This document shows, piece after piece, positions 9,360-21,061 of a stretch of 64,000 nucleotides of DNA. The stretch's first letter is position 1. The number at the start of each line of letters is the position of its first letter. The position numbers and the translations under genes were made by a program. The notes below the pieces were generated by a model. That model saw only the letters and a list, made by a program, of their open reading frames with translations. It searched no databases and was not told where the DNA came from. The stretch covers positions 3,360,001 through 3,424,000 of the forward strand of contig OZ220691.1 in assembly GCA_965116475.1 (NCBI GenBank), written 5' to 3'. This DNA is from Gemmatimonadota bacterium (GTDB lineage Bacteria; Gemmatimonadota; Gemmatimonadetes; Palauibacterales; Palauibacteraceae).

Positions 9360-11879
9360 ATGCGGGTTCGATCCGTCGCGCTGTTCGCGTCCATCCTGCT
9401 GTTGCCGGTGTGGCAGGGTTCCGGAAAGCCTCTGCCCCCCGCCCCGACCGTCGACGACCTCCGGACCGGCCTGCCGGACCGGGTCGCCGCCTTCGAAACG
9501 GTCGATGCGGAGACGCTGCGGGTGCCCGGGCTCGAGGCCGGCGTCGAGATCCTCAAGGACCTGTGGGGCGTGAGCCACATCTACGCGGAGACGGAGCACG
9601 ACCTCTTCTTCGCGCAGGGGTACAGCGCCGCGCGCGACCGGCTCTTCCAGTTCGAACTGTGGCGCCGCCAGGCCACCGGCACGGTCTCCGAGATCCTCGG
9701 TTCCCGTGAGCTGGAGCGCGACCGCGGCGCGCGGCTGTTCCGCTTCCGCGGCGACCTGGAAGCGGAACTGAACCACTATCACCCGCGCGGCGCCGACATC
9801 ATCCGGGCCTTCACGGACGGGATCAACGCGTACATCGCCGAGACCGGGCGCGATCCGGACCTGCTGCCCGTCGAGTTCGAGATGCTGGGGATCCGTCCGC
9901 AGCCATGGACGCCCGATGTCGTGATCTCCCGCCACCAGGGCCTGCTCATGAACATCGGGCAGGAACTCGATCTCGGGATCGCCGTCGCGGCGGTGGGCGC
10001 GGAAAAGGTGAAGGAGGTCTCCTACTTCCATCCGGGGGAGCCGGACATCGATCTCGACCCTGCGGTCGACGGGTCGCTTCTGCGGCGCGAGATCCTCGAC
10101 GTGTACCGGGCGTTCCGCGGACCCGTCCGGTTCCAGCCCGGGGACATCGATCCCCGCTTCCGCGCCACCGCGTCCGACGCGGAGGCCTTCGCCCTGCGGA
10201 CGCTCCGGGAGGAAGCCGAGGCCGAAGCGTACGAAGCGGAACGCCTCGAGGCGGAGCGGATGGGGACGGGCAGCAACAACTGGGTGGTGGCGGGGAGCCG
10301 CACGCTGAGCGGCCACGCGATCATGGCGAACGACCCGCACCGGGTGCAGGCGGCCCCCTCGCTGCGCTACCTGGTCCACCTCGTCGGACCGGGCTGGAAC
10401 GTGATCGGCGGGGGCGAGCCCGTCCTCCCCGGCATCTCGATCGGGCACAACGGGTACGGGGCGTGGGGACTCACCGTCTTCCAGACCGACGCGGAGGACC
10501 TCTACGTGTACCGCACCCACCCGGACGACCCGGACCGCTACTGGTATCAGGGCGACTGGGAGGCGATGCGGGTCATCGACGATGAGATTCCGGTCGAGGG
10601 GCGGGACCCGGAGCGGGTGCGGCACCGATACACGCGGCACGGACCCGTCGTGTACGAGGACCGCGCCAACGACCTGGCCTACGCGGTGCGCGCGGGGTGG
10701 ATGGAGATCGGCGGCGCCCCCTACCTCGCCAGCCTGCGCATGAACCAGGCGAAGACGTGGGAGGAATTCCGGGACGCCTGCAACTACTCGAACATCCCCG
10801 GCGAAAACATGGTGTGGGCCGACGTGGACGGGAACATCGGCTGGCAGTCCGTGGGGATCGCGCCCATCCGCCGCAACTGGTCGGGCCTCGTCCCCGTGCC
10901 GGGGGACGGCCGCTACGAGTGGGACGGCTACCTCGAGATCGTACACAAGCCGCACGTGTTCAACCCCGACAAGGGGTTCTGGTCGACGGCGAACCAGAAC
11001 CTCGTCCCGCCCGGCTACGAGCACCGCGACGCGGTGGGCTGGAGCTGGAGCGACCCCTTCCGGAGCGCGCGCATCGACGAAGTCCTCGCGACGGGAAAGC
11101 GGTTCACGATGGCGGAGATGATGCAGCTGGCGACGGACTACGTGTCGCTCCCCGCGCGCTCGCTGGTGCCGATGCTGCGCGGCGTCGATCTGCCCGCCGC
11201 GTCGGCGTCGGCGCGGGGCGAGCTGCTCGACTGGGATTTCGCGCTCGCCCCGGAGTCCCGCGAGGCCGCGATCTACGTGTCCTGGGAGCGCGAGCTGCAG
11301 CGGCAGATGGTGCCGCTCGCCGTGCCCGCCGAAGTCCGCGCGTCGCTGGGGCGCCTGTCGATGAAGAAGATCATCGACTGGCTCGGTTCCCCGCCCATGT
11401 GGTTCGCACCGCTCGGAGACGGGGATCCCGTGGCCGGCCGGGACGTCTTCCTCGCCCGCACCCTGGGCGACGCACTGGAGGGACTGGAGGATCGCTTCGG
11501 CGGCGACCCCTGGCGCTACGGCGACGTGCGCTTCAAGCACGCCCGGTTCCGGCACCCGCTGTCCGGGATCGTGAACGCCGAGATGCGGGCCCGCCTTGAG
11601 GTGGGGCCGCTCCCGCGCGGAGGCAACGGCTTCACCGTGAACCAGACGGGGGGCGGGGACAACCAGACGTCGGGCCCGTCCTTCCGGATCATCGCGGAGG
11701 CGGGGGACTGGGACACGGCCGTGTTCACGAACACGCCGGGGCAGGGCGGAGACCCGGACGATCCCATGTACCGCAACCTGTTCGAGGGCTGGGCGAAAGA
11801 CCGCTTCTTCCCGCTCTACTACTCCCGCGAGCGCGTGGAAGCCGCCGTCGCCGACCGCCTGATGCTGACGCCGAACTAG
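9360..11879 (+). CDS. Penicillin acylase family Ntn-hydrolase (S45), secreted
   Basis: Signal peptide; DLWGVSHIYA, FAQGY..ARDRLFQ, GSNNW catalytic Ser, ANDPH, TRHGP, TANQ. Confidence 0.9.
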   Translation: MRVRSVALFASILLLPVWQGSGKPLPPAPTVDDLRTGLPDRVAAFETVDAETLRVPGLEAGVEILKDLWGVSHIYAETEHDLFFAQGYSAARDRLFQFELWRRQATGTVSEILGSRELERDRGARLFRFRGDLEAELNHYHPRGADIIRAFTDGINAYIAETGRDPDLLPVEFEMLGIRPQPWTPDVVISRHQGLLMNIGQELDLGIAVAAVGAEKVKEVSYFHPGEPDIDLDPAVDGSLLRREILDVYRAFRGPVRFQPGDIDPRFRATASDAEAFALRTLREEAEAEAYEAERLEAERMGTGSNNWVVAGSRTLSGHAIMANDPHRVQAAPSLRYLVHLVGPGWNVIGGGEPVLPGISIGHNGYGAWGLTVFQTDAEDLYVYRTHPDDPDRYWYQGDWEAMRVIDDEIPVEGRDPERVRHRYTRHGPVVYEDRANDLAYAVRAGWMEIGGAPYLASLRMNQAKTWEEFRDACNYSNIPGENMVWADVDGNIGWQSVGIAPIRRNWSGLVPVPGDGRYEWDGYLEIVHKPHVFNPDKGFWSTANQNLVPPGYEHRDAVGWSWSDPFRSARIDEVLATGKRFTMAEMMQLATDYVSLPARSLVPMLRGVDLPAASASARGELLDWDFALAPESREAAIYVSWERELQRQMVPLAVPAEVRASLGRLSMKKIIDWLGSPPMWFAPLGDGDPVAGRDVFLARTLGDALEGLEDRFGGDPWRYGDVRFKHARFRHPLSGIVNAEMRARLEVGPLPRGGNGFTVNQTGGGDNQTSGPSFRIIAEAGDWDTAVFTNTPGQGGDPDDPMYRNLFEGWAKDRFFPLYYSRERVEAAVADRLMLTPN

Positions 11880-12373
11880 GTCTGCTCGAGATAGAAGCCG
11901 ATGAGGCCCTGGTTCCGGGGTGGATCGGCGCCGAGCTGGCGGAGCATCGTCGTCACCTGACCTCGGTGGTAGGTCGCGTGGTTGACGACGTGCTGCAGCA
12001 TGTGCCAGAAGACGGCGCGCATCGGTTTGCCATCGAAGAACCGGTAGTCCATCACGCGGTGGATCTCCTCGGGACCGAGTTCCGCGACGAAGCGGCGGAC
12101 ACGCGCCTCCTCCTCCAGCCAGCGCGCGCGAATGTCGCCCGCCGTCTCGAAGCCGGCGGCGGGCAGATGCTCTGTCGGGAAGTGTCCCCGCCAGCGTGAA
12201 CACCAGACCCATTCGGCCGATACGACGTGGGCGAGCGTGTCGCGGATGGAGCCGAAGCTGCTCCCGAGGTCCCGGCGGAAGTCCTCGGGCGAGATGCGCT
12301 CGACGGCGTCCAGCGTGCCGTCGCGCGCCCAGTAGTGGAAGTCGAGCAGGACGATCAACGCATCGTAGGTCAT
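11876..12373 (-). CDS. DinB/YfiT family protein
   Basis: SIRDTLAH...W and [12 protein letters not shown] metal-binding His motifs. Confidence 0.85.
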   Translation of the reverse strand: MTYDALIVLLDFHYWARDGTLDAVERISPEDFRRDLGSSFGSIRDTLAHVVSAEWVWCSRWRGHFPTEHLPAAGFETAGDIRARWLEEEARVRRFVAELGPEEIHRVMDYRFFDGKPMRAVFWHMLQHVVNHATYHRGQVTTMLRQLGADPPRNQGLIGFYLEQT

Positions 12374-12444
12374 GGTTGAGAGTCTACCTTCCGCCAGCGC
12401 CGGGCGCACGATCCCGGAAGTGCAGCCGGGAGTCCATCGCGCGT

Positions 12445-12474
12445 TTGCAGCGGCGGCGCCGCTCCGGCTAGGTT
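12445..12474 (+). promoter_or_regulatory. Possible sigma70 promoter of rpmE (TTGCAG-N18-TAGGTT)
   Basis: Partial consensus match upstream of the rpmE leader. Confidence 0.35.
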
Positions 12475-12533
12475 ACAGGGCTGTTCCGCAGACGCCTCCG
12501 CCGGGAGGCAGACAACCAGCGTGTGGGGAAGAC

Positions 12534-12824
12534 ATGAAGGCAGGCATACATCCGGAGTACGCGCCCGCGAAGATCACCTGTGCGTGCGGCCGGGAAACGG
12601 AGACCGCCTCGACGGTGGGCGAGATCCACGTCGAAATCTGTTCGCACTGCCACCCCTTCTTCACGGGGCGGCAGAAGCTCGTCGACACGGCGGGTCGCGT
12701 GGAGCGGTTCATCGCCAAGTATGGCGACCGGAGGGCCGGCCGCGACAACGAGCAAACGGAGCAAAAAGCGGCGGAGGAGCAGGAAGCGGCGGCGGAGCAG
12801 GAAACGGTAGCGGCAGAGGCCTGA
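12534..12824 (+). CDS. rpmE: 50S ribosomal protein L31, zinc-binding type, with acidic Ala/Glu-rich tail
   Basis: [29 protein letters not shown]. Confidence 0.95.
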   Translation: MKAGIHPEYAPAKITCACGRETETASTVGEIHVEICSHCHPFFTGRQKLVDTAGRVERFIAKYGDRRAGRDNEQTEQKAAEEQEAAAEQETVAAEA

Positions 12825-12851
12825 GCCGGAGGCGTCCGGCGCTCGACACGA

Positions 12852-13936
<1,085 letters not shown>

Positions 13937-13940
<4 letters not shown>

Positions 13941-14854
13941 TCGATCCGCCGCCGGGCGGGGCGGGGCGCCGCCCGGCGGGCCCGACGCGGCGGGAGATCG
14001 TGCAGGGCGTGCGGCGTGAACTCGAACTGGCCGGATTGGAGTCGCCGCGGGTCGAGGCCGAGCGCCTGGTGGCCGCGGCGCTCGCGCTGCCCGTGAGCGA
14101 ACTCGGCCTCGCCGGCGGGGAGCGGGTCGATCCGCCGGGCGCGGCCGCGGTAGCGCGCGCGGTGTCCCGCCGCCTCGAGGGGCAGCCGCTTCAGCACATT
14201 GAAGGCACGGTCGACTTCCGGCGCGTCCGCCTCGTGTCGGATGGCCGCGCTCTCATCCCGCGGCCCGAGACCGAGCAGCTGCTCGACCTCGTCGCCGCCT
14301 GGCACCGCGGCCGGGGCACGCCCGTCGACGCACTCGACATCGGCGTCGGATCGGGCGCCATCGCGATCGCGCTCCTCGACGAGGGCATCGCGGGCCGCGT
14401 CGTCGGGCTCGACGTATCGGAGGCCGCGCTCGACCAGGCCCGCGAGAACGCCGGGCGGGCGGGCGCCGAGGGGGTCGAACTCCGGCGCTGTCCGCCCGAC
14501 GTATGGTCCGCGCTCGAGACCGGCGAAGTTTTCGATCTCATCATCTCCAACCCGCCCTACGTCGCGACCCCGGAATGGACCGCCCTCGACCCCGTCGTCC
14601 GGGACCACGAGCCCCGCGCCGCGCTGGACGGAGGAGAAGACGGACTGGACGTGATTCGCACCGTCGTCTCCGGCGCCGCGGCCCGTCTCCGGAAAGGCGG
14701 CGCCCTCTTCCTCGAAATCGGCATGTCCCAGGGCCCGGCCGTCCTGGCGCTGCTTGAGGCCGAGCCGATCCTCACGGACTGCCGCGTGCGCGTCGACCTT
14801 GCCGGCCGGCCGCGATTCGCCTCGGCGCGGAGGGGGCGCTCCGACGAGCAGTAG
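13937..14854 (+). CDS. prmC: Release factor glutamine methyltransferase
   Basis: [26 protein letters not shown] overlap with prfA. Confidence 0.93.
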
Positions 14855-15027
14855 CCCCCGGCCGTTCAAGTCGCGTGGGGGTCGAAGCCGGGTTATACTC
14901 GGGCGTCGAATCGTCGGCCCGGGCCCGCGGATGGCGAGCGGGAAGGGCACGGGATTCGAGCCTCCGCCCGCCGCCGGCCCGACGTGCCGGCCCGGGGTGC
15001 TTCCCGATTCCGTTTCGAGCCGGAGAC

Positions 15028-15396
15028 ATGGACGAGCGAGACCGCATGCTGGAGAGGGCGCAGGACCTGGGGCGCCTCATCTCCCAGTTGCCCGAATACG
15101 CCTACCTGCGGGCGGCCCGCCGCGAGATCGACGAGGACCGCGACGCGACGGAGTTGCTCAACCGGATGCGCGACTTGCAGAGCGCGCTCATGGAAGCGGT
15201 CGGCCGCGGCGAGCAGCCGAGCGAGGAGCAGGAACGGGAGTTCGCGGAACTGCAGGAGCAGGTCCAGACGAACACCCGCTACCAGGCCCTCATCTCTTCT
15301 CAGGCAAACTTCGAGAAGCTCATGGAACGGGTGGATCGAGCGATCGGGGAGGGAGTCCGGAAGGGCGAGGAAAGCAGGATCATCCTTCCGACATGA
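15028..15396 (+). CDS. YlbF/YmcA (Com_YlbF)-family helical protein
   Basis: AQDLGRLISQLPEY...F..LMERV..AI pattern, about 122 aa; GGAG SD. Confidence 0.6.
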   Translation: MDERDRMLERAQDLGRLISQLPEYAYLRAARREIDEDRDATELLNRMRDLQSALMEAVGRGEQPSEEQEREFAELQEQVQTNTRYQALISSQANFEKLMERVDRAIGEGVRKGEESRIILPT

Positions 15397-16049
15397 GAGC
15401 GGCCCGCGACCTGGGGGAACGCGCGCTGCGCGCGATCTTCGAGCCGGCCATGGCGTGGCTCACGAGACGCCGCGTCCACCCCAACGTCATCAGCACGCTC
15501 GGTTTCGTCATCACCTGCAGTTCCGGCTACTTCTTTCATCAGCATCATGTGAGCACGGCCGGCTTCCTCGTCCTCCTCGGCGGCGTGTTCGACCTGTTCG
15601 ACGGCACGGTCGCGCGCCGCACGGGCCTGGCGTCGTCCTTCGGGGCCTTCTACGACTCGACGCTCGACCGGCTGTCCGAGATCGTCGTGTACCTGGGACT
15701 TCTTTCCCTGTACAACGACTACCGTCTCGAACTGGGCGACGTGGGGATGATCTACTGGATCGTGCTCGCGCTCGCCGGCTCGCTGATGATCAGCTATACC
15801 CGCGCCCGCGCCGAGGCGCTCGGCATCGCCTGCTACGTCGGACTCATGCAGCGTCCGGAACGGGTCATCCTGATCGGCTTCGCCGCGCTCATCTTCGGCG
15901 AGACAACCATGTTCGGACACCAGGGCCTCGTGCTCAGGGTCGTGATCATCGTCCTCGCGATTCTCACCAACCTGACCGCCTTCCAGCGGATCTGGTGGGT
16001 GTACCGGAATACGCGGCCCGACGGCGAGCCGCCCCCCCAGTCGAACTGA
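15393..16049 (+). CDS. CDP-alcohol phosphatidyltransferase, probable phosphatidylinositol(-phosphate) synthase
   Basis: HPN..S, DLFDGTVAR...GAFYDSTLDR motif, SYTRARAEALG, RPER; adjacent to ino1. Confidence 0.85.
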   Translation: MRAARDLGERALRAIFEPAMAWLTRRRVHPNVISTLGFVITCSSGYFFHQHHVSTAGFLVLLGGVFDLFDGTVARRTGLASSFGAFYDSTLDRLSEIVVYLGLLSLYNDYRLELGDVGMIYWIVLALAGSLMISYTRARAEALGIACYVGLMQRPERVILIGFAALIFGETTMFGHQGLVLRVVIIVLAILTNLTAFQRIWWVYRNTRPDGEPPPQSN

Positions 16050-16074
16050 ACCAGACACGGAGTGAACCGGCATC

Positions 16075-17388
<1,314 letters not shown>

Positions 17389-17397
<9 letters not shown>

Positions 17398-17424
17398 ATG
17401 TACGACTGAATGTACGACTGAATG
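17389..17424 (+). repeat. Perfect 12-bp triple tandem repeat (TACGACTGAATG)x3 spanning the ino1 stop and tmk start
   Basis: Copies at 17389, 17401 and 17413. Confidence 0.95.
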
Positions 17425-18102
17425 AACGGGTGCTTTCTCGTATTCGAGGGACCGGAGGGGTCGGGGAAGTCGCTCCAGGTCGAGCGGCTGGCCGAACGGC
17501 TGTCCGCGGCCGGCGTGCCGCACACGGTGACGCGGGAGCCCGGCGGCACGGCGGCCGCGGAGGCGGTTCGGAGCGTGCTCCTCGACAGGCCCGAGTTGCG
17601 GCTCGATGGGATCGCCGAACTGCTGCTCTTTTCGGCGGCCCGCCGCGCCCACGTCGAGCAGGTAATCCGGCCTGCCCTGGAGCGCGGAGAGGTCGTCGTC
17701 TGCGACCGCTTCGAGCTTTCCACGCGGGTCTACCAGGGGTGCGCGCGCGGCGTCGCGGCGGAGACGATCGAACAGGTCACCCGCGCCGCGACGGGCGGTC
17801 TCCTTCCGGATCTGTATCTCGTACTCGATGTGCCGGTGGAAGTGGGTCTGGATCGCCAGGGGCAGGATCGGGAAGACCCCGGCCAGCTGGGCTTCTTCGG
17901 GCCCGCTCCCGATCGAATCGAGCTTGAGAAGCGATCGTTCCGCGAGCGCGTGCGGGAAGGGTATCGGGAACTGGCGGCCGCGGATGAAAGGATCGCGATC
18001 CTCGATGGCTCGGGGATTCCGGATCGGGTCGAAGCCCGGATTCTGGCGCTCCTGCGGGAGAGGCTTCCGGACCGTTTTCGGGCGGCGAGCTTTCCTCGTT
18101 GA
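17422..18102 (+). CDS. tmk: Thymidylate kinase
   Basis: FEGPEGSGKS P-loop, TREPGGT, ELLLFSAARRAH, CDRF. Confidence 0.93.
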   Translation: MNGCFLVFEGPEGSGKSLQVERLAERLSAAGVPHTVTREPGGTAAAEAVRSVLLDRPELRLDGIAELLLFSAARRAHVEQVIRPALERGEVVVCDRFELSTRVYQGCARGVAAETIEQVTRAATGGLLPDLYLVLDVPVEVGLDRQGQDREDPGQLGFFGPAPDRIELEKRSFRERVREGYRELAAADERIAILDGSGIPDRVEARILALLRERLPDRFRAASFPR

Positions 18103-18170
18103 CGGCGCGGTGTGACATTGACGGTAGCGGCGGAGCGCCGCTCGAACGCGGCCCCGGATGACCCCGCGAT

Positions 18171-18200
18171 GACACGGGGAGGACACGGGGAGGACACGGG
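18171..18200 (+). repeat. 11-bp tandem repeat (GACACGGGGAG)x2.7 upstream of the S41 peptidase
   Basis: Copies at 18171, 18182 and partial 18193. Confidence 0.85.
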
Positions 18201-18219
18201 CCGCTACCACGGAGGATGC

Positions 18220-19890
18220 ATGAGAGTCGAGCGATCCTGGAGGACAGGAGTGCTGGTCGGCGCCATCGCCCTTGCGACGGGAGGCTGGCTGATAAACCAG
18301 AGCGGGGCCGCGAGCGGTGGGGAAAGCCGCCGACTCCTGGATGAGATCCACCGTCTGATCTCCGCCCGCTTCGTCGATGAGATCCCGCCGGAGGAGTTGT
18401 ACCGGATGGCGATCGACGGATTGCTCGAGAATCTGGGCGACCCGTACACCACGTTTCTCGAGCCCCGGGATTCCGAGGATCTTCGTCTCACGACGACGGG
18501 CAACTACGGAGGGCTCGGCGTCCGGATCGACGTGAAGGACGACTGGATCACGGTCGTCCAGGTGCTGCCGAACTCGCCGGCGCTCCGCGAGGGACTCGAG
18601 GTCGGCGACCGCATCATCGAGGTCGAGGGCGAGTCCGCCGAGGGCTGGTCGGTGGACAAGGCCGTCGACACCCTGCGCGGAGAGAAGGGGGCGCCGGTCA
18701 ACATCACGATCGCGAGGGTGGGCGTGGACCGGCCGCTCGCGATTCGGATCGTGCGCGACGTCATCCAGGTGGCGCAGGCGCAGGGCTTCGTCCTCGACGG
18801 CGACATCGGCTACGTGACGCTGCGCGGCTTCAGCCGCGAGGCGAAGGAGGAACTGGTCGCGACGCTGGACCGCCTCGTCGATGAGGGGGCCGGCGGATTG
18901 ATCCTCGACCTGCGGCGGAACCCCGGCGGCCTGCTGCCCGCGGGCATCGACGTCACGGACCTTTTCCTGGAGCGCGGCAAGTCCGTGGTCGAAACGCGCT
19001 CTCGCCTGGAAGAACAGAACTACCTGTTCCGCGCCTCCTCCGAGGACCGCTACGCAGATATTCCGATCGTCGTCGTCGTGGACGGCCTCAGCGCGAGCGC
19101 ATCCGAGATCGTGGCCGGCGCGCTGCAGGACCACGACCGCGCGGTCGTCGTGGGCACCACGACGTTCGGCAAGGGTTCCGTGCAGACGCTGTACGGCCTC
19201 TCCGGGAACAACAGCATGAAGGTCACGACGGCCCGCTGGTACACGCCGGCCGGCCGCTCCATCACGAAGGACTTCGACCGCGAGAGCGCGCTCCGCGACC
19301 TGGCGGCGAGCGCCGTGGCGATTTCGGGTGAACCGATCGCGACGCGGTCGGAGACGGAAGACCGGGAGGAGTTCACGACGGCGGGAGGCCGGACGGTGTA
19401 CGGCGGCGGCGGGATTACGCCGGACCTGATCGTCTACCGCGACACGCTCTCGACCGAGGAACAGGAGCTGCGGCGCCTCGCGACGCGCTCGGGGGCGATC
19501 CCGCGGAACGTCGTCTTCCGGTGGGCCGTCGAGTATTCGAACGAACACGATTTCAACGAGGGCTTCTCTGTCACGCGGGGGATGCGGGAAGGAGTCTGGA
19601 CCGCGCTCGTGGAGGCGGGAGCCGAGGTCGAGCGGGAACTCTTCGACCAGTCGCAGACCTATGTCGACTGGCTCATCGCGGATGAGCTGGCCGGCGCGGA
19701 GTTCGGGGAGGTGCCTCAGCTCCGCAGCCGGGCCGTGCGTGACGCCCAGATCCAGGTCGCCGTGGATCTTCTGAGGGAGGCGGACTCGCCGGAGGCGCTG
19801 CTTACGGTCGCGGCGCGCGCCGCCGAGGAGCGGAGTGCGGAGGGTACGCGGAGCGGGGAGCCCAGCGGGCCCAGCGGGGATCGCCAGTGA
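18220..19890 (+). CDS. S41 family carboxyl-terminal processing protease (CtpA/Prc-like)
   Basis: DPYT, PDZ domain, DLRRNPGG, SASASE, TFGKGSVQ, GITPD; GGAGG SD; alternative in-frame ATG at 18169. Confidence 0.92.
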   Translation: MRVERSWRTGVLVGAIALATGGWLINQSGAASGGESRRLLDEIHRLISARFVDEIPPEELYRMAIDGLLENLGDPYTTFLEPRDSEDLRLTTTGNYGGLGVRIDVKDDWITVVQVLPNSPALREGLEVGDRIIEVEGESAEGWSVDKAVDTLRGEKGAPVNITIARVGVDRPLAIRIVRDVIQVAQAQGFVLDGDIGYVTLRGFSREAKEELVATLDRLVDEGAGGLILDLRRNPGGLLPAGIDVTDLFLERGKSVVETRSRLEEQNYLFRASSEDRYADIPIVVVVDGLSASASEIVAGALQDHDRAVVVGTTTFGKGSVQTLYGLSGNNSMKVTTARWYTPAGRSITKDFDRESALRDLAASAVAISGEPIATRSETEDREEFTTAGGRTVYGGGGITPDLIVYRDTLSTEEQELRRLATRSGAIPRNVVFRWAVEYSNEHDFNEGFSVTRGMREGVWTALVEAGAEVERELFDQSQTYVDWLIADELAGAEFGEVPQLRSRAVRDAQIQVAVDLLREADSPEALLTVAARAAEERSAEGTRSGEPSGPSGDRQ

Positions 19891-19915
19891 TCCGACGATG
19901 CGAAGGAGACGAGCG

Positions 19916-20350
19916 ATGAGAGAGCACACGCGACGGTTGGCCGCGATTGCGACCACGATGGCTCTGATGGCGGCCATGGCGTGCGCCAGCAGCCCGCGCC
20001 CCGGAACGTACACCCGGCTCCTCATCACCGGCGGCGAGATTCGCGACGCCGGGTACCGGTCGGCCTACGAGGCGCTCACCCATCACCGGGAACTGATCAT
20101 CTTCGAAGACCGGATCGGCTTCAGGGGCGGCAACGACAGCTCCCGCCTGTTCGGGCGCCAGACGCAGGACTACTACGTGCCGCTGCTGGTTGTGGATGGC
20201 GACTTCAACCAGAATGACGCGGTCACCACGCTCCGCCGGATACCCGCGGAGGACATCGTGTCGATCCGGCTGTATCACCAGAGCATGGTCCCGCCCCGCT
20301 ATCGCCGGCCGGGCGCGGAGGGCGGGGTGATCGAGGTCAACACCCGCTAG
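19916..20350 (+). CDS. Small lipoprotein resembling a stand-alone TonB-dependent receptor plug domain
   Basis: AAMAC lipobox-like; PLLVVDG, IPAEDIVSI, GGVIEVNTR; AAGGAG SD. Confidence 0.55.
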   Translation: MREHTRRLAAIATTMALMAAMACASSPRPGTYTRLLITGGEIRDAGYRSAYEALTHHRELIIFEDRIGFRGGNDSSRLFGRQTQDYYVPLLVVDGDFNQNDAVTTLRRIPAEDIVSIRLYHQSMVPPRYRRPGAEGGVIEVNTR

Positions 20351-20371
20351 GGTCGTGGCGACCCCTCTGCC

Positions 20372-21061
20372 TTGAGCGTGGATGGTAAGCGTCCGAGACT
20401 CCTCGTCTTCGGCCGCCTGCCCGAGCCGGGATACGTCAAGACGCGCCTCCATCCCGAGCTGACCGGGGAGGGGAGCGCCGTTCTGTACGAGGCGTTCCTC
20501 GACGACGCCATGAAGCTCGCGCCCGACGGAGTCGCCGTGGAGTTGTGGGTCCCCGATCGTCCCGGAGCGAAGGCGCGGCTGGCCCCGCGATACCCGGCGG
20601 CTCGCGTCCGCCTTCAACCCGAAGGTTCGCTCGGCGACCGGCTCGACACGGCGTTCGCCCGCGCCTTCGGCGAGGGCGTCGGTTGCGCGGTTGCGCTCGG
20701 AAGCGACCACCCGACACTCCCGGCCGATTTCGTCGTGCGGGCCTTCGACGCGCTGGAGGGCAGTCCGGTGGCCCTTGGCCCGAGCCTGGACGGTGGCTAC
20801 TACGCGGTCGGACTGCGCGGGACGGCCTGGCCGCGGGCCCGCGATCTCTTCGCCGGAGCCCCCTGGTCGACGCCGACGCTGTTCGCGTGGACGCGCGCGC
20901 GCGCGGCGTCGCTGGGGCTCGATTGCGCGGAGCTGCCGCCCTGGTATGATGTGGACCGTCCGGCCGATCTGGTCCGCATGGCCGGCGATCTGACCGAAGG
21001 CAGCGCCACGGCCGGAGCGTGGGCCCGGCTCGCGCCGCCGGCCGCGGAGCCGAAGGCGTGA
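20372..21061 (+). CDS. DUF2064/TIGR04282-family glycosyltransferase-like protein
   Basis: PEPGYVKTRL, QPEGSLGDRL, GSDHPTL, GPSLDGGYY, PWST, WYDVDRPADL. Confidence 0.8.
   Translation: MSVDGKRPRLLVFGRLPEPGYVKTRLHPELTGEGSAVLYEAFLDDAMKLAPDGVAVELWVPDRPGAKARLAPRYPAARVRLQPEGSLGDRLDTAFARAFGEGVGCAVALGSDHPTLPADFVVRAFDALEGSPVALGPSLDGGYYAVGLRGTAWPRARDLFAGAPWSTPTLFAWTRARAASLGLDCAELPPWYDVDRPADLVRMAGDLTEGSATAGAWARLAPPAAEPKA

Noticed and set aside
20372..21061. Arsenosugar biosynthesis cluster
   Set aside because: Only the DUF2064-like gene is present; no partner glycosyltransferase, ArsS-type radical SAM or ArsM nearby.
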